The notes under the pieces are model-generated. The model was not told the DNA's origin. It did no database searches and worked only from the letters and a program-made list of their open reading frames with translations. Of a stretch of DNA of 64,000 bases, positions 1 through 8,346 are shown one piece after another (the first letter of the stretch is position 1; the number at the start of each line of letters is the position of its first letter). The position numbers and the translations under genes are program-made. The stretch is taken from contig DATKPE010000003.1 in NCBI GenBank assembly GCA_035524335.1, positions 2,902 to 66,901 of the forward strand. Reading direction: 5' to 3'. Source of the stretch: Bacteroidota bacterium (GTDB taxonomy: Bacteria > Bacteroidota > Ignavibacteria > UBA10030 > SZUA-254).

Positions 1-1007
1 TGAATCGGCGTTCCGTCCGGGTTGAAGATCCGGTCGCCGTACAGATAGCCGTTCGTCCGGTAATACCGGGCGGAGGCATAAAAGGTCAGCCGGTCGATTC
101 CCGGAATCGGCCCGCTCAGACTTCCCTCCACGTCATAGGTATCGAACGGACGGAATGTTCCCAGGTTGTAAAAGATCTCATTACTGCTCCGGGAGAGCGA
201 TTGATAGGCCTGTTCATTCAGGTAGATGGGCCTGTTGTTCATGAGATAGCCGTCGGATGAAAGGTGTCCGCCGGTATAGGCCTGGAGGTTGCCGTGAAAT
301 GTCTGATCGCCGTCCTTGGTGACGATATTGACGATGCCCGACATTGCCTGCCCGTACTCCGCATTGAAGGTGCCGCTGATGACCTGGAGTTCCTGGATGG
401 CATTATTGTCGACCTGAACGCTCTGACTGCCGTCGTACGCATCGGAGACGGATATGCCGTCGACCCAGTAGGCCACTTCGTTCGATCGGCCTCCGCGGAT
501 GTGGATGCCTCCGCTCTTGTCGGTCGTGATACCCGACTGCAGTGTGAGAACATCGGTCACTTCGGTGACGGGAAGTGTCTTGATCTGGGTTGCGTCGACG
601 TGGGCCTCGGAGGAGGTGAGATCCTTCTGGATCGCGGCCCGTTCTGCCGTGACGACGATTTCCTTCGAGACTTCGAGGACGGTGGAGGAGAGTTCGATAT
701 CGATCGTTGTCGTCAGGTCGGTGGAAACCTTGACGCCTTCGATTTTCTTCTTGACATACCCGATCGCGGAAGCGATGATGGCATGTTCTCCCGGAGGAAT
801 ATTCAGAATCGCGTAGTAACCGTCGGGATCCGCGGCGGCACCGAGGCTGGTCCCTTCCACGATGATATTGACCCCTGCGAGCGCTTCGTGCGTCTGGCTG
901 TCCCTCACATGGCCGGCGATTTTTCCCGTGGTGCCCGCGGTGAGGGATGTCGGCAGAAGAAGATATGTAAGCAGGAGAACAGCAGGAGGTAGCAAACGAC
1001 GGATCAT
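1..1007 (-). CDS. TonB-dependent outer-membrane receptor, N-terminal part (gene continues beyond left window edge)
   Basis: Not in the ORF track because the frame is open to the window edge. Manual reverse translation from ATG at 1007 gives MIRRLLPPAVLLLTYLLLPTSLTAGTTGKIAGHVRDSQTHEALAGVNIIVEG..PDGYYAILNIPPGEH (signal peptide plus CarboxypepD_reg-like domain). A plug-like stretch follows: IHIRGGRSNEVAYWVDGISV...ELQVISGTFNAEYGQAMSGIVNIVTK. AAGGA lies about 8 nt upstream, and the start is 11 nt after the PPIase stop. Confidence 0.85.
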   Translation of the reverse strand, partial: MIRRLLPPAVLLLTYLLLPTSLTAGTTGKIAGHVRDSQTHEALAGVNIIVEGTSLGAAADPDGYYAILNIPPGEHAIIASAIGYVKKKIEGVKVSTDLTTTIDIELSSTVLEVSKEIVVTAERAAIQKDLTSSEAHVDATQIKTLPVTEVTDVLTLQSGITTDKSGGIHIRGGRSNEVAYWVDGISVSDAYDGSQSVQVDNNAIQELQVISGTFNAEYGQAMSGIVNIVTKDGDQTFHGNLQAYTGGHLSSDGYLMNNRPIYLNEQAYQSLSRSSNEIFYNLGTFRPFDTYDVEGSLSGPIPGIDRLTFYASARYYRTNGYLYGDRIFNPDGTPI

Positions 1008-1018
1008 AGGCTAATCCT

Positions 1019-2722
1019 TCATTGGGATGCTGTGTTCAGACTGATATTTTCGAGTAGTGAATTGTCGATTTGAACATCGGAGTGACCGCGCAGGGCACTG
1101 ACCCCCTGCCGGAGCGCTTCTTGCTTTTTCATAAAGCCGGCGGATTTGATGACGTCGTCGCGCGCCTCTTCAAAGGTCCGGGTGCGCGCATCCGATTTTC
1201 CGTTGATCCTGAAGACGCCGTAGTACGGATCGACGAACAGCGGACCGATGATCGTCCCGATCCGGGCGTGTGCAAACGTATCGGCATATATGCCGTAACT
1301 GGCTTTCGGTCCGTAGCCGAGATCGCCGCCTTTGCGGGCGGCCCATGTCCGGATTGAATTTGCCCGGGCGAGCTGACTGAAATCCTCTCCGTGCACTGCG
1401 CGCCGGTAAAGGCGGGCCGCCTCTTCCTTCGTGCGAACAAGAATTTCCGCGACGTCGATCATGGGCGGCAGACCGTACTGTGCCTGATTTTCAGAGTACT
1501 GCTGACGGAGGAACTGATCGTCCCAGCCGTGCGCACCGACGGTATCCTGAATTGAGGAGGCCCACCGTCGGAGGAAATATTCGTCCGACAACCTTTTCAT
1601 CTGCGCGACGACAGAGGTATCCTTCTCGAGACCTGCATCAATCGCACGTTGCACCATGATATCGCGTGCCGCAAGCCCGAGTGCGAACTTTTTCAGATCG
1701 TCTTCGGAATGAAGGAAACGGCGTTCGCGGTTGGTAGTGTGGCGTAACTTACCAAAAAAATCTTTTAATGTCCACTTTTCGCCCTTCCCAAACTCCATAA
1801 AAAGGGTGTCCGATTTGTCAACCCGCCATGCCTGCTCCGTCGGATACCGCACCGCCGCAGAATCCAGGGCCAGCCGCCATCCGGCAAAGGCCTCTTTCAC
1901 AGCCGATTCATTAAATCGGGCATCCATCGAGCGGACTACCCGGGCCGCACTGCTGTCCAGAACGGCAAATATCTTCCTTTTCGAGACCGCGGCTTCTAGC
2001 TTTTCCTTCACCTTTTCGAATTCGCTCTGGCCCGCAAGCGGCTGGGCATCGACCCGCTCATCGATCCGGATGACCGCCCATCCCACTTTCAGCTTGACCG
2101 GATCGGAAATCTCGCCGATCGGCTGTTCATATCCGACCTTTTCCATCCCTGCTTCCATCTCACCCCAGCCGACAAACCCGAGGTCCCCGCCGTTGCCGGC
2201 GAGGCCCGGGTCGTCGAACACTTCGCGCGCAATCGATTCATACGTTTCGCCGTTCTGGAGACGGTCATGCAGTTTCCAGGCCTCCTCCTCGGTCCTCGCG
2301 TAAACATATCGCGCGTGATATTTCAGACGGGATTTTCTGAATTCCTCCGCCACTTCCTGCCGGGTGATTGTGAGAGTATCGAGGGTAATCCTCTTCGCAT
2401 ACCCCATCGCAAGCGCCTCACGCCGGATATCCTCCAATCGCGTTTCCGCGGCCGAATCCCGATCAAGCCCCTGCCGATGGAGTTCCTCCCTGATCAGAAC
2501 CTCCCCGATCATGTTGTCCAGGATCCGCTTGCGGAGAACGATATTGTCGCGCTGTGACGTTTCCTGAAGGTACTGCTTGTACCGTGTCCGGAAATCCTCC
2601 GCATAGACCGGAGTTCCGTCGACCCGCGCAAGGACAGCTCCCTCCTTTTTATGACATCCCGAGAGAACGACGGCGGCCGCAGTGACGACGAAGAAAGCGA
2701 ATATGCGGCCGGTGCGGATCAT
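1019..2722 (-). CDS. Parvulin-type peptidyl-prolyl isomerase lipoprotein (SurA/PpiD-like, two rotamase domains)
   Basis: 567-aa ORF with a lipobox (VVLSGC). Two PPIC-type signatures are present: GGDLGFVGWGEMEAG and GGDLGYGPKASYG. The start overlaps the GH13 stop in an ATGA (2719-2722). Confidence 0.85.
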   Translation of the reverse strand: MIRTGRIFAFFVVTAAAVVLSGCHKKEGAVLARVDGTPVYAEDFRTRYKQYLQETSQRDNIVLRKRILDNMIGEVLIREELHRQGLDRDSAAETRLEDIRREALAMGYAKRITLDTLTITRQEVAEEFRKSRLKYHARYVYARTEEEAWKLHDRLQNGETYESIAREVFDDPGLAGNGGDLGFVGWGEMEAGMEKVGYEQPIGEISDPVKLKVGWAVIRIDERVDAQPLAGQSEFEKVKEKLEAAVSKRKIFAVLDSSAARVVRSMDARFNESAVKEAFAGWRLALDSAAVRYPTEQAWRVDKSDTLFMEFGKGEKWTLKDFFGKLRHTTNRERRFLHSEDDLKKFALGLAARDIMVQRAIDAGLEKDTSVVAQMKRLSDEYFLRRWASSIQDTVGAHGWDDQFLRQQYSENQAQYGLPPMIDVAEILVRTKEEAARLYRRAVHGEDFSQLARANSIRTWAARKGGDLGYGPKASYGIYADTFAHARIGTIIGPLFVDPYYGVFRINGKSDARTRTFEEARDDVIKSAGFMKKQEALRQGVSALRGHSDVQIDNSLLENISLNTASQ

Positions 2723-4575
2723 TGGATCTCCATCCCGAGAAGAAGCGCCGATCTGGCGGGAACAGTGCAGGAAATATTTCCGCCGCTGACCGGAACCTCT
2801 GCTCCGGTGATCAAATCGCGACAGCCGCGTCCGCCGGCATCGTGAGGGAGCGGAACGTCGATCTGCTGTATGCCGTCCGACCGGTTGAACAGAGCGATCA
2901 CCTTTTCCCTTGCGGTGGAACGGATGAAGGAATAGATATTCTTCGCATCGTCAACCACGTACGGGGCGATCGAACCCGAAACAAGCGCAGAGTGATCCTT
3001 CCGGAGGCGGATCGCCTGGCGGTAAAATGCGTGGAGTTCTTCATCCGGCGTATTCCGGTCGCGCACCCGGGGTTTTCCGAACGGGTGTGTCTGCTCATCG
3101 TCGTACCGATAATCCGACCAGAGCATCGGTTTCCGGCAGTCGGGATCATCCCCTCCCCACATGCCAACTTCGTCGCCATAGTAGATCATCGGAGCGCCCA
3201 GATAGGCCATCTGGAAAAGGATCAGCATTTTCATGTCGCGGATCTGATCCTTCCCCGGCTTCGCCACGTCGTAGTCGGGATTGTCGGGAGGGCCGACCCG
3301 GTGATCATAGGGAAGATCGTGATTGAGAATGTGAGAAAGGAGCCTGTCCGTGTCATGGCTGTCGAGGAGATTCATCAGGACGGCGTCGTTCGCCGCGGGG
3401 TAGTCGCGGAGAAGGGCCTCCAGTCGTGCCGCGAATTCGGTTGCGCTGATGGTCTCCTTCCTGTTCAGAAAATAGGTGTACAGTTCGCGCGCCCACCGGT
3501 AATTCATGACCGCGTCGAATGCATCCCCCTTCAGCCAGGGGGCGGCGTTGAACATTTTGTCCTTCTGCCAGTCCTCCCAGTAAATTTCACCTGTAATATA
3601 GGCGTCCGGGTTGATCGTTTTGACCCAGGAGCGGAACTGTCGCCAGAACCCGAGAGGGACCCTGTCGGCCGCATCCAGCCGCCACCCGTCCACGCCATCG
3701 GCCGGATTCCCGGTATTGTGAGGATCCATCCACCGCCTGACGACCGCATGGATGTACGCCGACGGACCCGGCGCCATCCCGTCGGAGGTTTTTCTGAGTT
3801 CCGGAAGCTCCGGGACGCCGAACCAGGACTGGTAGCGAAATTCATCGTCCGGAGTGGCGGGATCGTCCCACTGCCGGATGGTGAACCAATCCCGGTAGTG
3901 CGAGTTCTGCTGGTGTTCGCGAACGTCGCGGAATGCCCAGAAGGTCATGCCGACGTGGTTGAACACACCGTCGATGATGATCCTGATATGCCGCCGGTGC
4001 GCTTCCCGGACAAGCCGGAGGAAGAGGGTATCGGCCGAGGTCCACTTCCAGGTAGCGGGATCGTCGGGCTGTTCAGCGGCGATCAGGCGGGCATCGCCCG
4101 CCGGATCGGGTCCGAAATTTTTGTCGACGTGATGATAGGACGCCGCATCGTATTTGTGGAGCGACGGGGACTGAAAGATCGGGGTGAGATAGATCGCGTT
4201 GATCCCGAGGTCTGCGAGGTAATCGAGCCTGTCGATGATGCCGGCAATGTCGCCGCCGTAACGGCGGAGCTGGCAGTTGAAGTAGAATCCCTGGGAATCG
4301 GCCCGTTCCCACGGCTGAAGGCTGAACCAGTCGGAAGTCCAGGAACTCCGGCGCCAGCCGGCGGGTTCGGCATGCGGCCAGCTGCCGCGGAGGTCCGCGA
4401 GAACCGGATCATTTAATGTATCGCCGTTGCGGAATCGTTCGGGAAATATCTGATACCAGATGGCTGACCGGGCCCAGCCGGGGACAGCGGAGACATCTGC
4501 GGAGGGAACCTGAGAAAAACAGCTGGAGAAAAAAACACACCCCAGAATAAAAACCCAACCCCTGTGTTCTCGCAT
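2719..4575 (-). CDS. GH13 alpha-amylase-family glycosidase (neopullulanase/cyclomaltodextrinase-like)
   Basis: Track ORF 2719..4731 trimmed to ATG 4575 (MREHRGWVFILGCVFFSSCFS signal). GH13 conserved regions are present: GINAIYLTPIF, IRIIIDGVFNHVG, DGWRLDAADRVP, YITGEIYWE, LLDSHDTDR. Confidence 0.9.
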   Translation of the reverse strand: MREHRGWVFILGCVFFSSCFSQVPSADVSAVPGWARSAIWYQIFPERFRNGDTLNDPVLADLRGSWPHAEPAGWRRSSWTSDWFSLQPWERADSQGFYFNCQLRRYGGDIAGIIDRLDYLADLGINAIYLTPIFQSPSLHKYDAASYHHVDKNFGPDPAGDARLIAAEQPDDPATWKWTSADTLFLRLVREAHRRHIRIIIDGVFNHVGMTFWAFRDVREHQQNSHYRDWFTIRQWDDPATPDDEFRYQSWFGVPELPELRKTSDGMAPGPSAYIHAVVRRWMDPHNTGNPADGVDGWRLDAADRVPLGFWRQFRSWVKTINPDAYITGEIYWEDWQKDKMFNAAPWLKGDAFDAVMNYRWARELYTYFLNRKETISATEFAARLEALLRDYPAANDAVLMNLLDSHDTDRLLSHILNHDLPYDHRVGPPDNPDYDVAKPGKDQIRDMKMLILFQMAYLGAPMIYYGDEVGMWGGDDPDCRKPMLWSDYRYDDEQTHPFGKPRVRDRNTPDEELHAFYRQAIRLRKDHSALVSGSIAPYVVDDAKNIYSFIRSTAREKVIALFNRSDGIQQIDVPLPHDAGGRGCRDLITGAEVPVSGGNISCTVPARSALLLGMEIQ

Positions 4576-4624
4576 TATGACATTACTGCTTTCACGGCAC
4601 GTGGTGAAGTAATACCTGGATGGG

Positions 4625-4653
4625 AAAATAGAAAATTTCCACTGTAAAGTCAA
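4625..4653 (-). promoter_or_regulatory. Sigma70-like promoter for the GH13-PPIase-TBDR unit (TTGACT-N17-TATTTT)
   Basis: On the minus strand the sequence reads aaaaaaatTTTGACTttacagtggaaattttcTATTTT. The -35 is at 4648-4653 and the -10 at 4625-4630, with an exact 17-nt spacer and an A/T tract upstream. It lies about 45 nt upstream of ATG 4575. Confidence 0.45.
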
Positions 4654-4681
4654 AATTTTTTTGCGATTTCCGGCGATATAT

Positions 4682-4710
4682 TTGTGATTCCCCAGGAGAA
4701 ACAGTATATT
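4682..4710 (+). promoter_or_regulatory. Sigma70-like promoter for the MalK-type ATPase/GH31 unit (TTGTGA-N17-TATATT)
   Basis: -35 ttgtga at 4682-4687, a 17-nt spacer, and -10 tatatt at 4705-4710. It sits about 40 nt upstream of ATG 4750, which is preceded by aaaaggaaa. Confidence 0.4.
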
Positions 4711-4749
4711 ACGCCTCAACGCTCGCCGCATTCCGAAAAAGGAAATTCC

Positions 4750-5847
4750 ATGGGTCAGGTTCGCTTAGAACATGTCTTCAAACGGTACGACAGCCACACT
4801 GTCGTGAAGGATGTTTCACTCGAAATCCGGGACAAGGAATTCGTCGTTCTGGTCGGTCCGTCCGGCTGTGGCAAATCAACGACGCTCCGGATGATCGCCG
4901 GTCTCGAGGAAATCAGCGACGGGACCATCGCCATCGATCAGACGGTGGTGAACGATGTGCCGCCGAAAGACCGCGACATCGCCATGGTCTTCCAGAACTA
5001 CGCGCTCTACCCTCACATGACGGTCTACGAGAATCTCGCGTTCGGTCTGAAGATGAGGAAATATGCCCGGGCGGATATCGACGTGCGGGTCAAGGAAGCG
5101 GCGGAAATCCTCGGTATCGGGGAGATGTTGGAGCGGAAACCGAAGGCGCTCTCCGGCGGTCAGCGCCAGCGCGTCGCCCTCGGCAGAGCCATCGTCCGCC
5201 GGCCGAAGGTCTTCCTCTTCGATGAGCCGCTCAGCAACCTCGACGCGAATCTCCGCGTCCAGATGCGGACCGAGATCTCCCGCCTGCATAAACAGCTCCA
5301 GACCACCATGATCTACGTCACCCACGACCAGATCGAAGCGATGTCGATGGGCGACCGGATCGTCGTGATGAAAGACGGTATCGTTCAGCAGGTCGATACT
5401 CCCCTGACCATCTACAATACCCCCGCCAACCAGTTCGTCGCGGGCTTCATCGGCAGTCCCACCATGAATTTTTTCAGCGGCCGCATCCGGACGACGACCC
5501 AGGCTCAGTTTACCACATCCGACAGTTCTGTCTCGCTCGCGCTTTCCCCGGCCGCGGTGAAGCGGCTCAGCCAGCACGACGGCCAGGAGGTCGTCCTCGG
5601 CGTCCGTCCGGAGCATATTCTTTCGCGTCCGGTCTCCTCCGCGGCGACCCCGGTCGAAGTTGGCATCGAAGTCACCGAACCGGTCGGGAACGAAATCTTC
5701 CTCTACTTTACGCTCGGATCGGGGAAAAGCCAGTATATTTCCCGCATCCCCTCGGATATTGTGCCGCAGGTGCGGAAACCATTCACGCTCTATTTTGATT
5801 CGGAGAAATTTCACTTTTTCCATCCCGGCACCGGACAGGCGCTCTGA
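4750..5847 (+). CDS. ABC sugar-transporter ATP-binding protein (MalK/MsiK/UgpC type), no cognate permease or binding protein nearby
   Basis: Track ORF trimmed to ATG 4750 (MGQVRLEHVFKRY). Walker A GPSGCGKST, signature LSGGQRQRVALGRA and Walker B VFLFDEPLSNLD are present. The C-terminal half resembles a MalK-like regulatory (TOBE) domain. Confidence 0.9.
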   Translation: MGQVRLEHVFKRYDSHTVVKDVSLEIRDKEFVVLVGPSGCGKSTTLRMIAGLEEISDGTIAIDQTVVNDVPPKDRDIAMVFQNYALYPHMTVYENLAFGLKMRKYARADIDVRVKEAAEILGIGEMLERKPKALSGGQRQRVALGRAIVRRPKVFLFDEPLSNLDANLRVQMRTEISRLHKQLQTTMIYVTHDQIEAMSMGDRIVVMKDGIVQQVDTPLTIYNTPANQFVAGFIGSPTMNFFSGRIRTTTQAQFTTSDSSVSLALSPAAVKRLSQHDGQEVVLGVRPEHILSRPVSSAATPVEVGIEVTEPVGNEIFLYFTLGSGKSQYISRIPSDIVPQVRKPFTLYFDSEKFHFFHPGTGQAL

Positions 5848-5891
5848 CCCGCCGGAGACCGGCATCGCTCACACGCACGCCCATTTTCACC

Positions 5892-8339
5892 ATGTCCAGC
5901 CGCTTCCCTGCTGTAATTCTGATCCTCTGTCTTCTGCCGGCCTCCCTGAATGCTCAGTGGCAATCGGCGGGCGCCGTCTCTTCCTGGAAGAAAACCGCCG
6001 CCGGTCTCATCCTCCAGCTTCCGCCGGCGGCTCTCGAGATTCAGATCGTCACCCCGGCGGTCGTCCGCGTTCGTTTTTCACCCACCGGCCGCTTTACGTC
6101 AGACAGTTCCTGGGCGGTCATCGGCAGGCCCGGGACGCCCGAATTCCGAGCTGAAGAAACCCCCACGCACATCCGCATCCTGACCGGCGATCTGCGGCTG
6201 GATATCGGAAAGTCACCCTGCCGCCTCTCGGTCTCGACAGCAGACGGAACATTTCTCTTCGCCGACGATACGCTCCGGGGAACCGGCTGGTCAGGATCCG
6301 CGGTCACCGTCTGGAAACAGATTTCCGCCGGAGAACATTTTTACGGTCTCGGGGAAAAATCGAACGCCTTCGAAAAGTCGGGTTCCGCTCTCTCCATGTG
6401 GAATTCAGACATCCCGGCGTACTCGGAGAATACCGATCCGCTCTACCAGGATATTCCTTTCTACTACGCAATCCGGGATTCCCTTTCGTACGGCGTGTTC
6501 CTCGACAATCCCTCCTTTTCACACTTCATATTTGGCAAGGAAGACCGCTCGCTCGCCTCGTTCGGCGTTTCCGGCGGCGATCTCAACTACTATCTGATCT
6601 ACGGCCCTTCACCGAGGGAGGTCCTGCGCCGGTTCACCGACCTGACCGGTAGAATGCACCTTCCGCCGCTCTGGAGCCTCGGCTATCAGCAGTGCCGGTG
6701 GAGCTATTATCCCGAACGGCGCGTGCGGGAAATCGCATCGACGTTCCGGTCGAAGAAAATTCCGTGCGATGCGATCTACCTCGATATCCATTACATGGAC
6801 GGGTACCGGGTCTTCACCTGGGATACGGCCAGATTTCCCTCCCCCTCCGCGATGGTTGCGGACCTCAAAAAGGACGGCTTCAAGACCGTCGTTATCATCG
6901 ATCCCGGCATCAAGGCGGATTCGTCCTATTCCGCATACCGCGACGGGGAACGGAACCGGGTTTTTGTCCAGAACGCCGACGGATCGGAGTTCATCGGAAA
7001 AGTCTGGCCCGGTGACTGTGTGTTCCCCGATTTTACGCGCGCCTCCGCCCGCAGCTGGTGGGGCTCTCTCTACGAGGGCCTCATCGCGGCCGGCGTCCGA
7101 GGATTCTGGAACGACATGAACGAGCCTTCCGTCTTCGACGGGCCGCAAAAAACATTTCCGTTGAATGCCCGCGCTGACGACCACGGCATTCCTTCCGATC
7201 ACGCCGCTACCCATAATGTGTACGGCATGCAGATGGTCCGCGCGACATATGAAGGTGTCCGGCGCCTCCGCCCGGACGAACGGCCCTTTGTCCTTACCAG
7301 AGCCAATTATGCAGGCGGTCAGCGGTACTCCGCCGCCTGGACCGGCGACAACGTCTCCAGCTGGGAACATCTCAGGCTCGGCATCAGGATCTGCCTCGGC
7401 ATGAGCATCTGCGGCCAGCCCTTCACCGGAACCGACATCGGCGGTTTCATCGGCATGCCGACCGGTGAACTTTATGCCCGATGGCTCGAATTCGGCGTTT
7501 TCTCCCCGCTTATGCGGAGCCATGCCGAGATCAACAGCCCGAACAAAGAACCGTGGGAGTACGGTCCCGACTTCGAAGCGGTGAACCGGAAAACCATCGA
7601 ACTGCGCTATCAGCTCCTCCCCTACATTTATTCGGCGTTCAGAAATTCTGCCGAAACCGGCGACGCCATCATGCGACCGCTGGTCTTCGATTATCCGGCA
7701 GATCCCCGGACCGCCCTGTGTGACGATGAGTTCATGTTCGGAATTGCTCTCCTCGCCGCCCCGGTGACCGAGCCGGGCCAGTCGGCACGCACCGTCTATC
7801 TCCCCGCGGGAACCTGGTACGATTTCCATACCGGCAACCGGACCGCCGGAGGCGCTGAGGTGACCTCTGCGGCGCCGATCGGCAGGATACCCGTCTTTGT
7901 CAAAGCCGGCACCATCGTCCCGACACAGCCTGCGGAGCAGTACGTGGGCGAAAAACCGCCCGACCGGATAACGCTGACGGTCTACCCCGACCGGGGAACA
8001 GCAGAGGGAGCGCTCTACGAGGACGACGGGATTTCGTTCGATTATATGAATGGGAATTACGCGGAAAGAACGGTCCATCTCGGAAGCGGGGCCGCTTCCG
8101 ATACGCTTGCACTGAGCGAGCCATCCGGGACGTACACCCCGCCTCCCCGTCTCCTAGAATTCCGGATCCTCGGGAGAGATTCCGTTCCCCCGTCGGTGAG
8201 GCGGGGATCATCCCCCTTCCGGCAGATGACCGGCAGATCTGCGGGAGAGGAAGGATGGGAATTCCGCCCGGCGGAGCATGAGTTGATTCTCCGGGTCCGG
8301 GACAGTTTCCGGCATGAAGTATTTCTGATCGGCCGTTGA
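5892..8339 (+). CDS. GH31 alpha-glucosidase, secreted
   Basis: Signal peptide MSSRFPAVILILCLLPASLNA. GH31 motifs are present: CDAIYLDIHYMDGYRVFTWD, GFWNDMNEPSVF, AAWTGDNVSSWEHL. Confidence 0.9.
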   Translation: MSSRFPAVILILCLLPASLNAQWQSAGAVSSWKKTAAGLILQLPPAALEIQIVTPAVVRVRFSPTGRFTSDSSWAVIGRPGTPEFRAEETPTHIRILTGDLRLDIGKSPCRLSVSTADGTFLFADDTLRGTGWSGSAVTVWKQISAGEHFYGLGEKSNAFEKSGSALSMWNSDIPAYSENTDPLYQDIPFYYAIRDSLSYGVFLDNPSFSHFIFGKEDRSLASFGVSGGDLNYYLIYGPSPREVLRRFTDLTGRMHLPPLWSLGYQQCRWSYYPERRVREIASTFRSKKIPCDAIYLDIHYMDGYRVFTWDTARFPSPSAMVADLKKDGFKTVVIIDPGIKADSSYSAYRDGERNRVFVQNADGSEFIGKVWPGDCVFPDFTRASARSWWGSLYEGLIAAGVRGFWNDMNEPSVFDGPQKTFPLNARADDHGIPSDHAATHNVYGMQMVRATYEGVRRLRPDERPFVLTRANYAGGQRYSAAWTGDNVSSWEHLRLGIRICLGMSICGQPFTGTDIGGFIGMPTGELYARWLEFGVFSPLMRSHAEINSPNKEPWEYGPDFEAVNRKTIELRYQLLPYIYSAFRNSAETGDAIMRPLVFDYPADPRTALCDDEFMFGIALLAAPVTEPGQSARTVYLPAGTWYDFHTGNRTAGGAEVTSAAPIGRIPVFVKAGTIVPTQPAEQYVGEKPPDRITLTVYPDRGTAEGALYEDDGISFDYMNGNYAERTVHLGSGAASDTLALSEPSGTYTPPPRLLEFRILGRDSVPPSVRRGSSPFRQMTGRSAGEEGWEFRPAEHELILRVRDSFRHEVFLIGR

Positions 8340-8346
8340 ACGCCGT

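Noticed and set aside
264-992. 242-aa plus-strand ORF at the left edge (and 239-553 on the minus strand in another frame)
   Set aside because: The real gene is the edge-truncated minus-strand TonB-dependent receptor (1-1007), which the ORF track could not list. The plus ORF is its antisense shadow.
2722-4416. 564-aa plus-strand ORF opposite the GH13 gene
   Set aside because: Antisense shadow of a gene carrying all GH13 conserved regions. The composition is low-complexity and R/G/V/P-rich, with no start context.
4677-4684. TATATTTG matching the Bacteroidetes-type -7 promoter motif TAnnTTTG upstream of the MalK-type gene
   Set aside because: It is a single occurrence. The same region, and two others, contain better sigma70-type -35/-10 pairs with 17-nt spacers, and genes here use clear Shine-Dalgarno sites, which is atypical for Bacteroidetes. 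I kept the sigma70-like reading.
6609-8078. 489-aa minus-strand ORF inside GH31
   Set aside because: Antisense to a gene with the GH31 WNDMNEPS and GDN motifs. The composition is typical of shadow frames.
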